Shown here in pieces: positions 28,019 to 37,664 of a DNA stretch of 64,000 bases; the first letter of the stretch is position 1, and each line of letters starts with the position of its first letter. The notes below the pieces were generated by a model. The model was not told the origin of the DNA, did no database searches, and saw nothing but the letters and a program-made list of their open reading frames with translations. Both the position numbers and the translations under genes were made by a program. Source of the DNA: a virus; the IMG/VR virus record IMGVR_UViG_3300046616_000188; one strand, given 5' to 3'.

Positions 28019-29725
28019 TTAAGATGCTTCGTAACATCCAATGTTTGCTGTTCCGCCAGAGGCTAGGGCATTGCCAAATAGATCAATTGTGCCTAGGTTA
28101 ATGCTAAATAGAGAGTTGATGTTTTGTCCCGCATTCTTAGCTGGCGAAGACGATTGTAATTTATAAGGAGTTAGAGCGGCGATATTGAATCCATTTGTAT
28201 TGCCAACCGGAACAGTGCCTTGTAACAATGGATCACCACTGACTGATACGTTGGTGCTAGTAATAGTTTCTTGCGTTGAAAAAGCGCCGCGCCATGCTCC
28301 AATTGAAGTATAAGTTGAAGCTCCCCATTTGATAGATACTGACGCGACAGTGCTATATAAATTTCCAATAAATCTAATAGCAGGAGTCAAGCTGGTAGAA
28401 GAATAGATTAGTTTTGTTGTAGCGCCGGTTAGATAAAAAATGTTATTGCAAACATAAGTGGTTGTAAATTTATCTGGATTAGAAAAAACATACACTCCAT
28501 TAATTGAAGCTACGCTGCTATAAATCGTATTGTTATAAATTGAATTTCCCGGCGCGGCTCTTGACGCCTCTGCTGTTCCAATTAGTATCCCTCCTTTGGA
28601 AGTCGGCGCTTGCGTGCCATCGTTCTCAGAGATGTTGAAACGAATTGTATTACCACTCAAGGCAAGAACAGTTGAATCATTAAATTGATAAAGCTGGAAA
28701 CCTGAGCCATAGTTATCGTGGCTATAACAAAATTGAATGACGCAGTTTTGACAACCTCCGTCAATATCGAAGCCGCCTCCATCTGACGTTCCGGTTCCGG
28801 TTTTGTTATGGTGACTTTCGCAATATTGAATAACAGAGTTTGTACATTCATACAACCAAATGCCGACAGGACCAGACGCGAAAGTGTTATTAGCGCCATT
28901 GTTGTAGGCTTCGCAAAATTCTATTAATGCATTATTACATTGGCCTAGAATAATCCCGCTTCCAGAATGAGAAACCGTAATCCCGGCCTTGCCTGTGCAG
29001 TTATAGACCTTACAATTTCTAACGACCGGATTTGTATGGCTTACAGCATTTGCTACTAGTCCATAAAGACCTTGAATTGTAATCCCATTGCCTGCATAAT
29101 CGATGCAATTTCCGGTGCAGTCATGGACTACACAGCTATCGATAAGTGGAGCATCCCAGCCAGAAGCAGAATTAGCGGCATAAGCCGTATCTCCAGTATA
29201 AAGCGAAATACCATCAACACCGTAGCCAGAAACATCTAATCTTAAAAGCGTGAAGCTTTTTAATTTAGTGCTACCGAGTTGGTCATTGGTACAGTAAAGT
29301 CCCGTCGCCGTGCTAACAGTAGTACCTGTTCCTACAAAAATTAAATCCTGAACCGTTACATGGTGAGGATTTACCAAAGTAGCTCCTCTGTCGCTATTGC
29401 CGGAAGCTTGGATCGTCGCCCTGCCTGTGCCATAGGAACCATAGACAGTAATTGCTCCGCTGACTCCGTAATGCTGGCCCTCGGCAAGTGTAAGCGTACC
29501 TGAGAAAGTCGCCCCGCCTTTAAAGAGAACCCACGCTCCTGCCGGAATTGTGGCACCATTAACTTTTGACAAAGTTTGCCAAGGTGTAGATGGCGACAAG
29601 CCGCTATTCGTATCGGACCCGGCAGGATCAACATAGTAAATAGCCGTAGGTTGAGAAACGCCTTTTTTAGTTACGGCGGCACTGGAAGTAATTACTGATT
29701 TTGATTTAGCGCGAGCCAGCGACAT
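28019..29725 (-). CDS. Right-handed parallel beta-helix protein (pectate-lyase-like; possible depolymerase)
   Basis: YYVDPAGSDTNSGLSPSTPWQT N-terminus, repeated IxxCxxxxN coils, GGFDID. Confidence 0.8.
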   Translation of the reverse strand: MSLARAKSKSVITSSAAVTKKGVSQPTAIYYVDPAGSDTNSGLSPSTPWQTLSKVNGATIPAGAWVLFKGGATFSGTLTLAEGQHYGVSGAITVYGSYGTGRATIQASGNSDRGATLVNPHHVTVQDLIFVGTGTTVSTATGLYCTNDQLGSTKLKSFTLLRLDVSGYGVDGISLYTGDTAYAANSASGWDAPLIDSCVVHDCTGNCIDYAGNGITIQGLYGLVANAVSHTNPVVRNCKVYNCTGKAGITVSHSGSGIILGQCNNALIEFCEAYNNGANNTFASGPVGIWLYECTNSVIQYCESHHNKTGTGTSDGGGFDIDGGCQNCVIQFCYSHDNYGSGFQLYQFNDSTVLALSGNTIRFNISENDGTQAPTSKGGILIGTAEASRAAPGNSIYNNTIYSSVASINGVYVFSNPDKFTTTYVCNNIFYLTGATTKLIYSSTSLTPAIRFIGNLYSTVASVSIKWGASTYTSIGAWRGAFSTQETITSTNVSVSGDPLLQGTVPVGNTNGFNIAALTPYKLQSSSPAKNAGQNINSLFSINLGTIDLFGNALASGGTANIGCYEAS

Positions 29726-29755
29726 GGTGATCTTTCTACTGATTAAAAGTTTATT

Positions 29756-29784
29756 AGACTAACATTAATTTTTAAAAAAGTCAA
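29756..29784 (-). promoter_or_regulatory. sigma70-like promoter
   Basis: TTGACT-N17-TAGTCT. Confidence 0.6.
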
Positions 29785-30212
29785 GTTATTTCTTCGTCGC
29801 GCCTAAAAGCAATACGAACAACTACTCTGTCCGCGCCGCGTTCTTGTCCCACGACAAAGTTACTTGGAGTTTTAAACACTAACGTCCCTGCCGTTGCGGT
29901 TTGAATATTTGTTCTTCGATAGATTTTACCCAAGAAATCTGCTACGTCATTTTGCTTCTTAGTGCCAACATCAAGCGGAGTAACTACATCGAATTGAACT
30001 ATGCCGACGTGCCTGTCTACTTGGCGTGTCGCCGCTAATTGCGCTTGAATAGAATCTCCGTGGATGATAGAAAGCCTTATGTAAGTCTTGTCATCTGGTG
30101 TCTCGAACGATTGATTCGGATATTGAATAGGAACGTCTGGAAATGTTGTTGAAAATCCAGAAGAAAGTAATTTTTCTGTGACGGCTTTACGTACTTCGTC
30201 TAATGCTGACAT
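29781..30212 (-). CDS. Tail terminator protein
   Basis: 143 aa, IQYPN..F..P...YIR pattern, position in the head-tail module. Confidence 0.72.
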   Translation of the reverse strand: MSALDEVRKAVTEKLLSSGFSTTFPDVPIQYPNQSFETPDDKTYIRLSIIHGDSIQAQLAATRQVDRHVGIVQFDVVTPLDVGTKKQNDVADFLGKIYRRTNIQTATAGTLVFKTPSNFVVGQERGADRVVVRIAFRRDEEIT

Positions 30213-30697
30213 TATAAACTTCCTGCTTCGAGTCGGGCTAATAATTGTTCCATCGTAATTCCAAACATGCCGTTGGGACTACGAGATACAAAAGGTTCTC
30301 CCGGCAATATCCCGGCCTCTAGTCCAGAAACACTATCTGCATTGTTGCTGATATAAATCTTTACAAAAGGCTTATCTGGATTGATTACCAGATTAGAAAG
30401 AGACGTTTCAGCAGCTTTTTCGTTTGCTGATCTTCTTGGTTCTACGCCTAGTGGCAAGTTGTTTGTTTGTCCAATAGGGCCGGATTCAACTGGACTGAAA
30501 ACCGTGGTAGAGGGCGTATTCATCGTCAGAATGTAATTTCTGACAGTGGTGCCCTCGTGGACCGGCGTTCTAGACATTAACGTTTTGTGAGAGTAACGTG
30601 CTATTCTATCGAGACGCTTGGCGAAGTCCTTTTTCCATTTAGGAAAATAGGCGTTTAACTGATCTTTAAACTGAGGTATATTTGATTTAAAAACCAT
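30212..30697 (-). CDS. Tail completion / neck protein (HK97 gp10-like)
   Basis: SRTPVHEGT, YISNN, S...PNGM motifs. Confidence 0.7.
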   Translation of the reverse strand: MVFKSNIPQFKDQLNAYFPKWKKDFAKRLDRIARYSHKTLMSRTPVHEGTTVRNYILTMNTPSTTVFSPVESGPIGQTNNLPLGVEPRRSANEKAAETSLSNLVINPDKPFVKIYISNNADSVSGLEAGILPGEPFVSRSPNGMFGITMEQLLARLEAGSL

Positions 30698-31069
30698 TTA
30701 AGCTTTTCTACATTGGAGAATCCAAACACTCTCTCCCGGTACAGTCTTTACAATTCTAACTGTCCAACGGAGATTTTTATCATCAAGGAAGTAATCATTT
30801 TCTTTGGGCTCTACGCCGTTTAAATCTTTATTTGCAATAATAAATTTAGCGTCTTTATCAACGATAATGGAATCATTAATTTCTTCAGCCTTATAGCGGG
30901 CTTTGACTGCTTTCACTGTCGTCTGCGTATCCACACTTGTTTCAACGTCATTGACAGGATCGTAAGTCGGTGTTAGACCTTTTGATACGTAGGTAATCTG
31001 TATCGGAATATCACCGAGAATTTTAATGGCTGAAGAAACTAGATTATTAAGAGAACCTTTTAAGGCCAT
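30698..31069 (-). CDS. Head closure protein
   Basis: 123 aa, TYDP...ET motif, synteny. Confidence 0.7.
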   Translation of the reverse strand: MALKGSLNNLVSSAIKILGDIPIQITYVSKGLTPTYDPVNDVETSVDTQTTVKAVKARYKAEEINDSIIVDKDAKFIIANKDLNGVEPKENDYFLDDKNLRWTVRIVKTVPGESVWILQCRKA

Positions 31070-31072
31070 AAT

Positions 31073-31588
31073 TTAGCTCCTTCTAATTTTCGCTACAGTT
31101 GTAGAGCCGCCTTTAATTCTGCCGATCCCAAAAATGAGATCATTAATATAACTTGGGACTTCCGCAAGCCTGTAACTTTTATCAAATTCAAGCTCAATAA
31201 CGTCTACAACAATCTTAGTCAGGCCGTCAGTTTCTTGCTCAACGGTTCTATCATTTTCGATAAGGAAACGCGCATACTGAGCCGTGGCTTGTTTTAATTG
31301 CTTCGGCACGACGTTAGAGGGAATTGCAACGCAGTCCCTATCAACGGTATACTTTCTAGGCCATCTCAATGCAGATGAGGGATAGGCTTTTTGCCCATCC
31401 CAATCTGCTTTGGTGTCTAACAGGCTTGTGGCCCACGCCAATAGATATTGCTTGTTAGTGTCGTTTAGACTTTCCCAAGCAGTATTATGGATATTAGTAA
31501 TAAGTATATCATTGGCTTCTGCCAGTGAAACATAAGACGTGGCATTCGGTAATCCGGTGCCATCCTCAACAACGAACGCGAACGCCAT
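31073..31588 (-). CDS. Head-tail adaptor (DnaT-like family)
   Basis: VEDGTGLPNATSYVS, ALRWPR, VPKQLKQATA. Confidence 0.85.
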   Translation of the reverse strand: MAFAFVVEDGTGLPNATSYVSLAEANDILITNIHNTAWESLNDTNKQYLLAWATSLLDTKADWDGQKAYPSSALRWPRKYTVDRDCVAIPSNVVPKQLKQATAQYARFLIENDRTVEQETDGLTKIVVDVIELEFDKSYRLAEVPSYINDLIFGIGRIKGGSTTVAKIRRS

Positions 31589-31592
31589 ATCT

Positions 31593-32321
31593 TCATCCCT
31601 TATTTTTCTCTTTGTTGAAAGCGCCTACCCATTCTTTAGCATTCTGAGAGCGTACAACATCTTCTTCTGTAAATTCAACAACGGCAGGAGTTAGATCGTA
31701 TTCAAAAATAATGTCTACGATTTTTTCTAGGCCGCTATCTGGAATATCAACTTGGTCGATATCGCCATTTACGATGGTTAAACTATTTTCTCCGATACGC
31801 GTCAAAAACAATTTTAAATCTGAGTAAGTGCAATTCTGAGCTTCGTCTAGAATAATGATGGCATCATTAAAAGTTCTGCCTCTCATATGTTCAAAGCTTA
31901 GGAATTCAATTTTCCCTAGATTTTTTAATTTATCAACATCAGCTGGTGATATTTCATCAGCAAATGAAGAAAGGATAGGCACGAGCCACGGTCTTAGTTT
32001 TGCTTCCAAGTTACCGGGTAGGAAACCTAATTCGTGCCTCTTCTGAGCCACTGTAGGTCTTGCGATAATTAATTTTTCATATTTATTTTCGACTAATTTT
32101 CTGATCGCGAAGCGGGAAGCTAGATAGGTTTTACCTGTACCTGCGCCGCCGATGGCGAAAACTTGTGTTTCAGTATTTAGGCACTCAAGATAGAATTTTT
32201 GTGTTTCAGTTTTAGGTGTTAAAGGTCTTTTTATTTTCTGTTCCGTTCTAGTTTCTTTCGCATCTCTACGGACACGACGTTTTTCAGATTTTGTTAGTGA
32301 AGCGGAATGTTCTTGAATCAC
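31593..32321 (-). CDS. phoH: PhoH-family ATPase
   Basis: GGAGTGKT, LGFLPG, HMRGRTF, LDEAQN, LTRIGE, GDIDQ, DVVRS. Confidence 0.95.
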   Translation of the reverse strand: MIQEHSASLTKSEKRRVRRDAKETRTEQKIKRPLTPKTETQKFYLECLNTETQVFAIGGAGTGKTYLASRFAIRKLVENKYEKLIIARPTVAQKRHELGFLPGNLEAKLRPWLVPILSSFADEISPADVDKLKNLGKIEFLSFEHMRGRTFNDAIIILDEAQNCTYSDLKLFLTRIGENSLTIVNGDIDQVDIPDSGLEKIVDIIFEYDLTPAVVEFTEEDVVRSQNAKEWVGAFNKEKNKG

Positions 32322-32381
32322 TTAGGATTGCCTTTTAATTTTCATTATAATAAACACACAGTAGTAATCGAAAATTTTTAA

Positions 32382-32612
32382 TTATGAACCAATAATTCTA
32401 TCCTTAACAAAGTCCCACAAGTAGAACCAAGCTGCAATGACAGCAGCGGCGCTTAGTAGGATGGTTTTTACATAACGACTGACTACATTCATAGCCTCGT
32501 CTCTCTCAATCATGGTCATCATCCTGCGATAATCCTTGGCTCGCATTCTGACCACGATCAATTCTTCATCTTTATAAAGTTCGTGAATAGCTTCTTCGTC
32601 TGACATTGGCAA
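32382..32612 (-). CDS. Small single-TM membrane protein
   Basis: ILLSAAAVIAAWFYLW hydrophobic segment. Confidence 0.6.
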   Translation of the reverse strand: MPMSDEEAIHELYKDEELIVVRMRAKDYRRMMTMIERDEAMNVVSRYVKTILLSAAAVIAAWFYLWDFVKDRIIGS

Positions 32613-32630
32613 ACATTTAACCCCTTAAAT

Positions 32631-32660
32631 AAAAAAGAGCCACATTCAATATGTGGCTCT
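32631..32660 (-). terminator. Intrinsic terminator
   Basis: AGAGCCACAT/ATGTGGCTCT followed by a U6 tract on the minus strand. Confidence 0.75.
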
Positions 32661-32710
32661 GAGTCGTTCACCACGATGTTTCATGGTAAAAATAAATATT
32701 TTTATTTTTA

Positions 32711-33055
32711 TTATGATTTCTTCTTACGACCGCGAGTAGGCTTTTCAGCAACAGGCTCTGCGACTTCCTCAACTGCTACAACTTCTTCGACTGGTGCTTC
32801 TTCAGCAACAGGCTCTTCATCAGCTACAATTTCAGGAACTTCTTCTACTGCTGCTTCTTCAGCAACAGGTTCTACGACAAATACTTCGGGCGTTACAATT
32901 TCAGGAACGATAACGGGAGTAGGTTCTGTTACAGCAGTGGCTGTGACAGGTCTGTCGTAACTCCACCCAGCATGAACTACCAAGTCACGTGCGTTAACAG
33001 GTGAGTTTTCGAACATTTCGCCTTTTGGGGAATATACTTTTACCAAGTCAGACAT
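32711..33055 (-). CDS. Hypothetical protein with acidic low-complexity tail
   Basis: E/V/A/P-rich C-terminus ending RGRKKKS; follows the capsid genes. Confidence 0.75.
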   Translation of the reverse strand: MSDLVKVYSPKGEMFENSPVNARDLVVHAGWSYDRPVTATAVTEPTPVIVPEIVTPEVFVVEPVAEEAAVEEVPEIVADEEPVAEEAPVEEVVAVEEVAEPVAEKPTRGRKKKS

Positions 33056-33112
33056 TATCTTTTCTTTCAGGTTATAGTTGATTAAAGTCTCATTTTATTG
33101 AGACTTTAATAA

Positions 33113-33553
33113 TTAACCAACGATAGGAGCAAGATATGCGTCGTAGTCGAGGATTGGGGTTGTACCAGCAAGCGTAGCGTTGATACGAATGAAAGCAGCG
33201 TTAGAAACGAGCTTCTTGATTGTATCTACGTCTAGAAGGATGGTGTAAGCGCCTACAGCAGTTACGCCAGCAAGTGTGCCAACAACTGTGTATGAACCAC
33301 CAACAAGGTTGGAAACTTCAACAGTGAAGGTATAAGCTTCATCGCCAGTTGTACGGTCGATTGTCTTAACAAGGACGTTTACTGCGAGAACCTGATAAGG
33401 TGTCTGACCAGAGTTCCAAACAGCAGTGCCGTTATTTAGAGTGATACCAGTTTCAGCAGTTGACGCCGTAATCTGAGCGGCGGAAGTAGCACGAAGTGTT
33501 ACAGCAGCTGCCTTATCAACTAGAAACTTTACTTTAGAATTCATGTTAGCCAT
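33113..33553 (-). CDS. Putative capsid decoration/cement protein
   Basis: 146-aa beta-rich protein directly after the MCP, strong RBS. Confidence 0.65.
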   Translation of the reverse strand: MANMNSKVKFLVDKAAAVTLRATSAAQITASTAETGITLNNGTAVWNSGQTPYQVLAVNVLVKTIDRTTGDEAYTFTVEVSNLVGGSYTVVGTLAGVTAVGAYTILLDVDTIKKLVSNAAFIRINATLAGTTPILDYDAYLAPIVG

Positions 33554-33634
33554 TTTAATTCTCCTAAATGGTTTTATTTTTGGAAGTCAAGTCAGAAGGT
33601 TATTCTGACTTGACTAAAGTGTCTCTAGTTGATA

Positions 33635-34567
33635 TTAGAGAGTTACGTTGGCGTTAGTGATACCCCAAACGCGGGAAGCGGCGCGACCATGCTCGACAAC
33701 CATACCAACATACCATTCAACACGTGTACGGTAGACAGGAGCGGTCTGAAGCTGACCAAGGTCCTGAACGTCGATAAAGCCGTTCTGAATACCCTTGATT
33801 TTGCCGGGGCCGATGGAGAGGACGTAGATAGAGCTTGAAGTAGAAGCGCCACCTGGACCAGCTTCGTTGAAGCCAACCATACGGTTACCAGTTTCATCGT
33901 AATCAGCGATGAGGATTGGGAGACCGTTGTAGTAAGCAACGCGCTGGCCAAATTCATCAAGTTCGAAAACGATGTCGCCGCCGATGCCAGCACGAACAGC
34001 TGTTGAAAGCTTGTTACGCATTGTCTTCGACATTAGAAGGTGAGTAGGAGCATCGACGCGGTCAATAGCTTCGTCAAGTGCTTCAAGTGAAAGCGGTGAG
34101 TTAGCTGAAGGCGCGGTTAGGTTCGAAGGCACAAGCTGATCACCAGTGATACGCTTGCGGAGACCGTCGAATTCTAGTTCAGAGTTAAGTTCAGAGTCAC
34201 CGTTAATCATCTTGTTCATGATTGAGAGTGAAAGAGCCTTAACTTTCATTGCTTCCTGTTCAGAACGAACTTCTTGGCCACGAGTTGCGATAAGGAACTT
34301 ATCAACATCAAGATCGCCACCAGCAATACGAAGAGCTTCGGTGCGCTGGTTTAGAATACCAGTTGATTCGGTGTAAGCAGCATTAACGCCACGGAAACCA
34401 ACACCCGGAAGAGCATGCTCTTCAGTGTATGTGTATGAACCACCCGGAATGTTTTCGAAAGGAAGAACGCGAAGTAGATCGGCGTTCATTGCGAACATTT
34501 CAACGATAGCTGAACGCTTAACGTCGCCATCATTCATTTTATTAGCTTCTAGAAGCGTAAGTGCCAT
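33635..34567 (-). CDS. Major capsid protein
   Basis: 310 aa; LPGVGFRGVN, GGDLDVDKF, FDGLRKR, RVEWY HK97-type motifs. Confidence 0.92.
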   Translation of the reverse strand: MALTLLEANKMNDGDVKRSAIVEMFAMNADLLRVLPFENIPGGSYTYTEEHALPGVGFRGVNAAYTESTGILNQRTEALRIAGGDLDVDKFLIATRGQEVRSEQEAMKVKALSLSIMNKMINGDSELNSELEFDGLRKRITGDQLVPSNLTAPSANSPLSLEALDEAIDRVDAPTHLLMSKTMRNKLSTAVRAGIGGDIVFELDEFGQRVAYYNGLPILIADYDETGNRMVGFNEAGPGGASTSSSIYVLSIGPGKIKGIQNGFIDVQDLGQLQTAPVYRTRVEWYVGMVVEHGRAASRVWGITNANVTL

Positions 34568-34718
34568 GGGAATTCTCCTTGTAGGCCGTTTGTTATTTTT
34601 TTAAAAATTCAGTTTCTTGGGCTGTAGTTTTTTAAAACTTGGGGAACTTCCCTAAAGATTTTCCCCGTACACAGCCGTTACGAGGAGTTTGTTTTTACCC
34701 AGCAAGGAGTATAAAAAA

Positions 34719-35495
34719 TTACTTAAGACCGGCTTTCTTGTTTGCTAGCTCAAGGCGTTGCATCGGAGAAAGTTTATTAAGTTCTTCTTTAGTCATTCCG
34801 TAACCGGACATATTACCGCCGTTAGCACCGCCGCCGTTGGATTCCTTAAAGAGGTAAGGCATCTGTTTCTGAAGTGTCTTCATCCACTCGACCGGAGACA
34901 TAGGCGTTGCACCGTCTGATCCGTAAATTGTGGAGTCGCCATTCTTCGGAATGATCTTTTCACCATCTATTTTAAATACTTTACGTGCTTCAAGAAGGAT
35001 GTGCGATTCTGCTTCTGCACGAGCACCGGATTTAGGATCGTGAATGGCTGATCGAATGAAATTATCGATCTGGACGCCCTTAAGCTGATCTGTTACGGTT
35101 TCGTACTGGTTCTTCCATGTCGAACCTTCACTCGCTAGGCGACGAAGTTCTTCTTCATGGGTTTCACGCATCTTCTTAGTACGTTCGGCTAGAACTTCTT
35201 CGATCTTGCCTGATTCAGAAAGTGTACCATCATCTACACGCTGCTTTGTCTTACGAAGCTCTTGTAGTTCTGAAACAAACTTATCAGGGTCTTCTCCGAC
35301 TACTTTAGAAAGTTTGGCAAGCTGAGCAGCGGCTGTTTCATTTGCTTTCGCAAGATCAATGTTCTTTTCTCTAAACTCATCGACTTTCGTCTTTGGCACT
35401 AGGTTAAGAACATACTTACCGTCGTCACGCTTCTTTGCTTCCGTATGAAGTTCTTCAGGAACTTGCTCAAGTACGTCAAAAAGAAATTCTGGCAT
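34719..35495 (-). CDS. Capsid scaffolding protein
   Basis: Coiled-coil, acidic, PYLFKESNGGGA motif; directly upstream of the MCP. Confidence 0.82.
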   Translation of the reverse strand: MPEFLFDVLEQVPEELHTEAKKRDDGKYVLNLVPKTKVDEFREKNIDLAKANETAAAQLAKLSKVVGEDPDKFVSELQELRKTKQRVDDGTLSESGKIEEVLAERTKKMRETHEEELRRLASEGSTWKNQYETVTDQLKGVQIDNFIRSAIHDPKSGARAEAESHILLEARKVFKIDGEKIIPKNGDSTIYGSDGATPMSPVEWMKTLQKQMPYLFKESNGGGANGGNMSGYGMTKEELNKLSPMQRLELANKKAGLK

Positions 35496-35607
35496 TTTAC
35501 ATCTCCGATGTATTTTTATAAAGTTTTTAAAATAAAAGGTCGCTCTGCAACTCTTACTACATTCACCTTGAACGTAGATTTTTAGTCTTGCGTAATTTGA
35601 AACTTAG

Positions 35608-35751
35608 TTACGCGTTGTCGGGCTCATTCACTAGTTCAGTTAACTTACGCTGCGCCGCTCTACGATCTTTAAAAGGTCCAACTCGCACCACGATGTAGGA
35701 CTCTTGCGTAACGGGATCAGTTTGTACTTCAGCTAAACCGGTTTGTTTCAT
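35608..35751 (-). CDS. 47-aa protein with a SPOR-like motif (absent from the ORF track)
   Basis: MKQTGLAEVQTDPVTQESYIVVRVGPFKDRRAAQRKLTELVNEPDNA; 13 nt below a consensus promoter. Confidence 0.6.
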   Translation of the reverse strand: MKQTGLAEVQTDPVTQESYIVVRVGPFKDRRAAQRKLTELVNEPDNA

Positions 35752-35763
35752 TTTATGTTTCTC

Positions 35764-35792
35764 ATTATATACTAAAAATTTAAAAAAGTCAA
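35764..35792 (-). promoter_or_regulatory. sigma70-like promoter
   Basis: TTGACT-N17-TATAAT. Confidence 0.8.
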
Positions 35793-35799
35793 GGAAAAA

Positions 35800-35985
35800 T
35801 TATTTAGTCCATTTTTTATTTGTTTTTACTTTGACTTTTTCTAAATATTCTTCTAAACTTTCAAGTTCAATACCAAAAAAGGCATCGTCTTCATCTGGCA
35901 TTGATAATTCAAATTCTTTGAGGAGAGACTCGATGTCATCTACGTCATCGAAGTCAGGATCAAATTTGCTTAGTTTTTTGGGCAT
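35800..35985 (-). CDS. Small acidic hypothetical protein
   Basis: 61 aa, D/E-rich, overlaps the portal end. Confidence 0.5.
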   Translation of the reverse strand: MPKKLSKFDPDFDDVDDIESLLKEFELSMPDEDDAFFGIELESLEEYLEKVKVKTNKKWTK

Positions 35986-37579
35986 TTGTATTATTCTTAT
36001 TTAATTTATTTTGTTGTGCCGTAAAACTCTGCGTCATCTGAAGCTGTGACGTAGCCGCGCTACGATCCTTGGCGTTCTCCTCGACTTCGACCTTGGTCTT
36101 GGCGTCGGGGTAACCTTCTTTGCGTGCTTCGAAATCTGGATCGTTCGGGAACTGGTCTGGATTTTCAAGCATGTTTTTAAATTCATCCAGAGTTAGGCCG
36201 TCTGGAATGATATCGGTTTTTTGAAGAATATCGAAAAGCACATCGATAGGAATGATGCCGTCTTGGTACATCATTGTGAAAGCTCTGAATTCACGAGCAT
36301 CGATCTGTGCGAATAGGAAATCTTTATTAACTTCAACGGCAGTTTCGAGCTTATCTAGGTCTTCGTTCTGCCAGTACATCCACCAAGAAAGAAGTCTGGT
36401 GAATCCTTCGTTGAGCACGGTGACAACGTTTAGGAGAAGAGACATTTCATTCTTCTCTTTTACTTTAACTAGGTTGTCTGATTCCGCGACAGCGGTAGAC
36501 TTAGTGCCAAGCATTCTGCCACCCATGGCAGAGATGTTGGCTTCCTTCTCTTCCAAGGCGCGTTCCAAGAAGATCAGGCCTTGACCATTATATTCAGCAA
36601 TGCCGGGAGCCTTATCACCTTCGTATTCCCAAACGACGTTAGGGCCAACGACATAATCGCCACCCTTATCATTTGAATTCTTAACTTGGACGTGATAAAT
36701 TGGAATAGCGGTGTAGAAGCGGCCATGCTCTAATTGAGCCACGGAACGATAATGACTTAGGTTCATTAGTCCGATGTCTAATAGAGGGGGCTTCTCAACC
36801 TGTGGGTTATTTGATAATGTTCCAAAAAACATGAAAGGAATAAAATCAAATGGAACGCCTAGGCGCTTGGGCTCAATCACTTCAGGCTCTTCGTTTGTGA
36901 CAAGAGCTAGATTAAAGAACTTGGTGCGATACACATACTGACGATAGACACCGTCATCATCGAGACGAAGCTTACGGTACACGGCCTTGTAGCGCAGTGA
37001 GGTGGTTCTGAGTTGAGCCGCTGTAGTTTCTCTGTCTTCTTCAATCTCACGTAGCAGGACTTCCTTGAGGACGTAGCGGCCATTCTTCTCAACCACGGAC
37101 CAGTCAAGAATGTTCTCAGCGATATAATTGACGAGAAATGGCGTGCCATCTCCTGCTTTATCCATATCCAGCAATACGCCGACACGACCAACGTCAAAGA
37201 TTTGATTCGCTGTGTCACGGATAAACGTGTTTAGCGAGCTTCCATCTTTGGAAATGGTCTTGATCGACTTTTCAAATTGTTTGGGGAGGTTTTTTACTTT
37301 AGGTTCACGTCTGAAGATTGTGCCGACTAGGCCGTTGGACGTGCGCTGTGTCATATTATAAAAATATGCACGATCTAGGAACGCAGAATATTCGTTAGGG
37401 TCCTGAGCATCCATGCGCGGGAGATACTGAGTCCCTTTAGCCTTGACCGCAATTTCGCCAAGGAGGGTGTCTCTCATAGTTTCCCACGAATAGCGCCAGT
37501 AATTATATTCAGGATGGACCTGAACACTTTCCTGACCGACTGCGGTAACAACCTGTAGATTTTTATCGTTAATTGCCAA
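35960..37579 (-). CDS. Portal protein (DUF4055-like)
   Basis: 539 aa; YLPRMD...Y..RA.FYN.T.RT, PPLLDI..MNLSHYR, LEHG motifs. Confidence 0.9.
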   Translation of the reverse strand: MAINDKNLQVVTAVGQESVQVHPEYNYWRYSWETMRDTLLGEIAVKAKGTQYLPRMDAQDPNEYSAFLDRAYFYNMTQRTSNGLVGTIFRREPKVKNLPKQFEKSIKTISKDGSSLNTFIRDTANQIFDVGRVGVLLDMDKAGDGTPFLVNYIAENILDWSVVEKNGRYVLKEVLLREIEEDRETTAAQLRTTSLRYKAVYRKLRLDDDGVYRQYVYRTKFFNLALVTNEEPEVIEPKRLGVPFDFIPFMFFGTLSNNPQVEKPPLLDIGLMNLSHYRSVAQLEHGRFYTAIPIYHVQVKNSNDKGGDYVVGPNVVWEYEGDKAPGIAEYNGQGLIFLERALEEKEANISAMGGRMLGTKSTAVAESDNLVKVKEKNEMSLLLNVVTVLNEGFTRLLSWWMYWQNEDLDKLETAVEVNKDFLFAQIDAREFRAFTMMYQDGIIPIDVLFDILQKTDIIPDGLTLDEFKNMLENPDQFPNDPDFEARKEGYPDAKTKVEVEENAKDRSAATSQLQMTQSFTAQQNKLNKNNTNAQKTKQI

Positions 37580-37611
37580 TGTATTAATCTTTTTATTAAT
37601 TTATTACATTG

Positions 37612-37640
37612 ACTATATCATATAAAAATTAAAAAGTCAA
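37612..37640 (-). promoter_or_regulatory. sigma70-like promoter
   Basis: TTGACT-N17-TATAGT. Confidence 0.78.
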
Positions 37641-37664
37641 GAGAAAAAATTAAAAAAGTACAAA

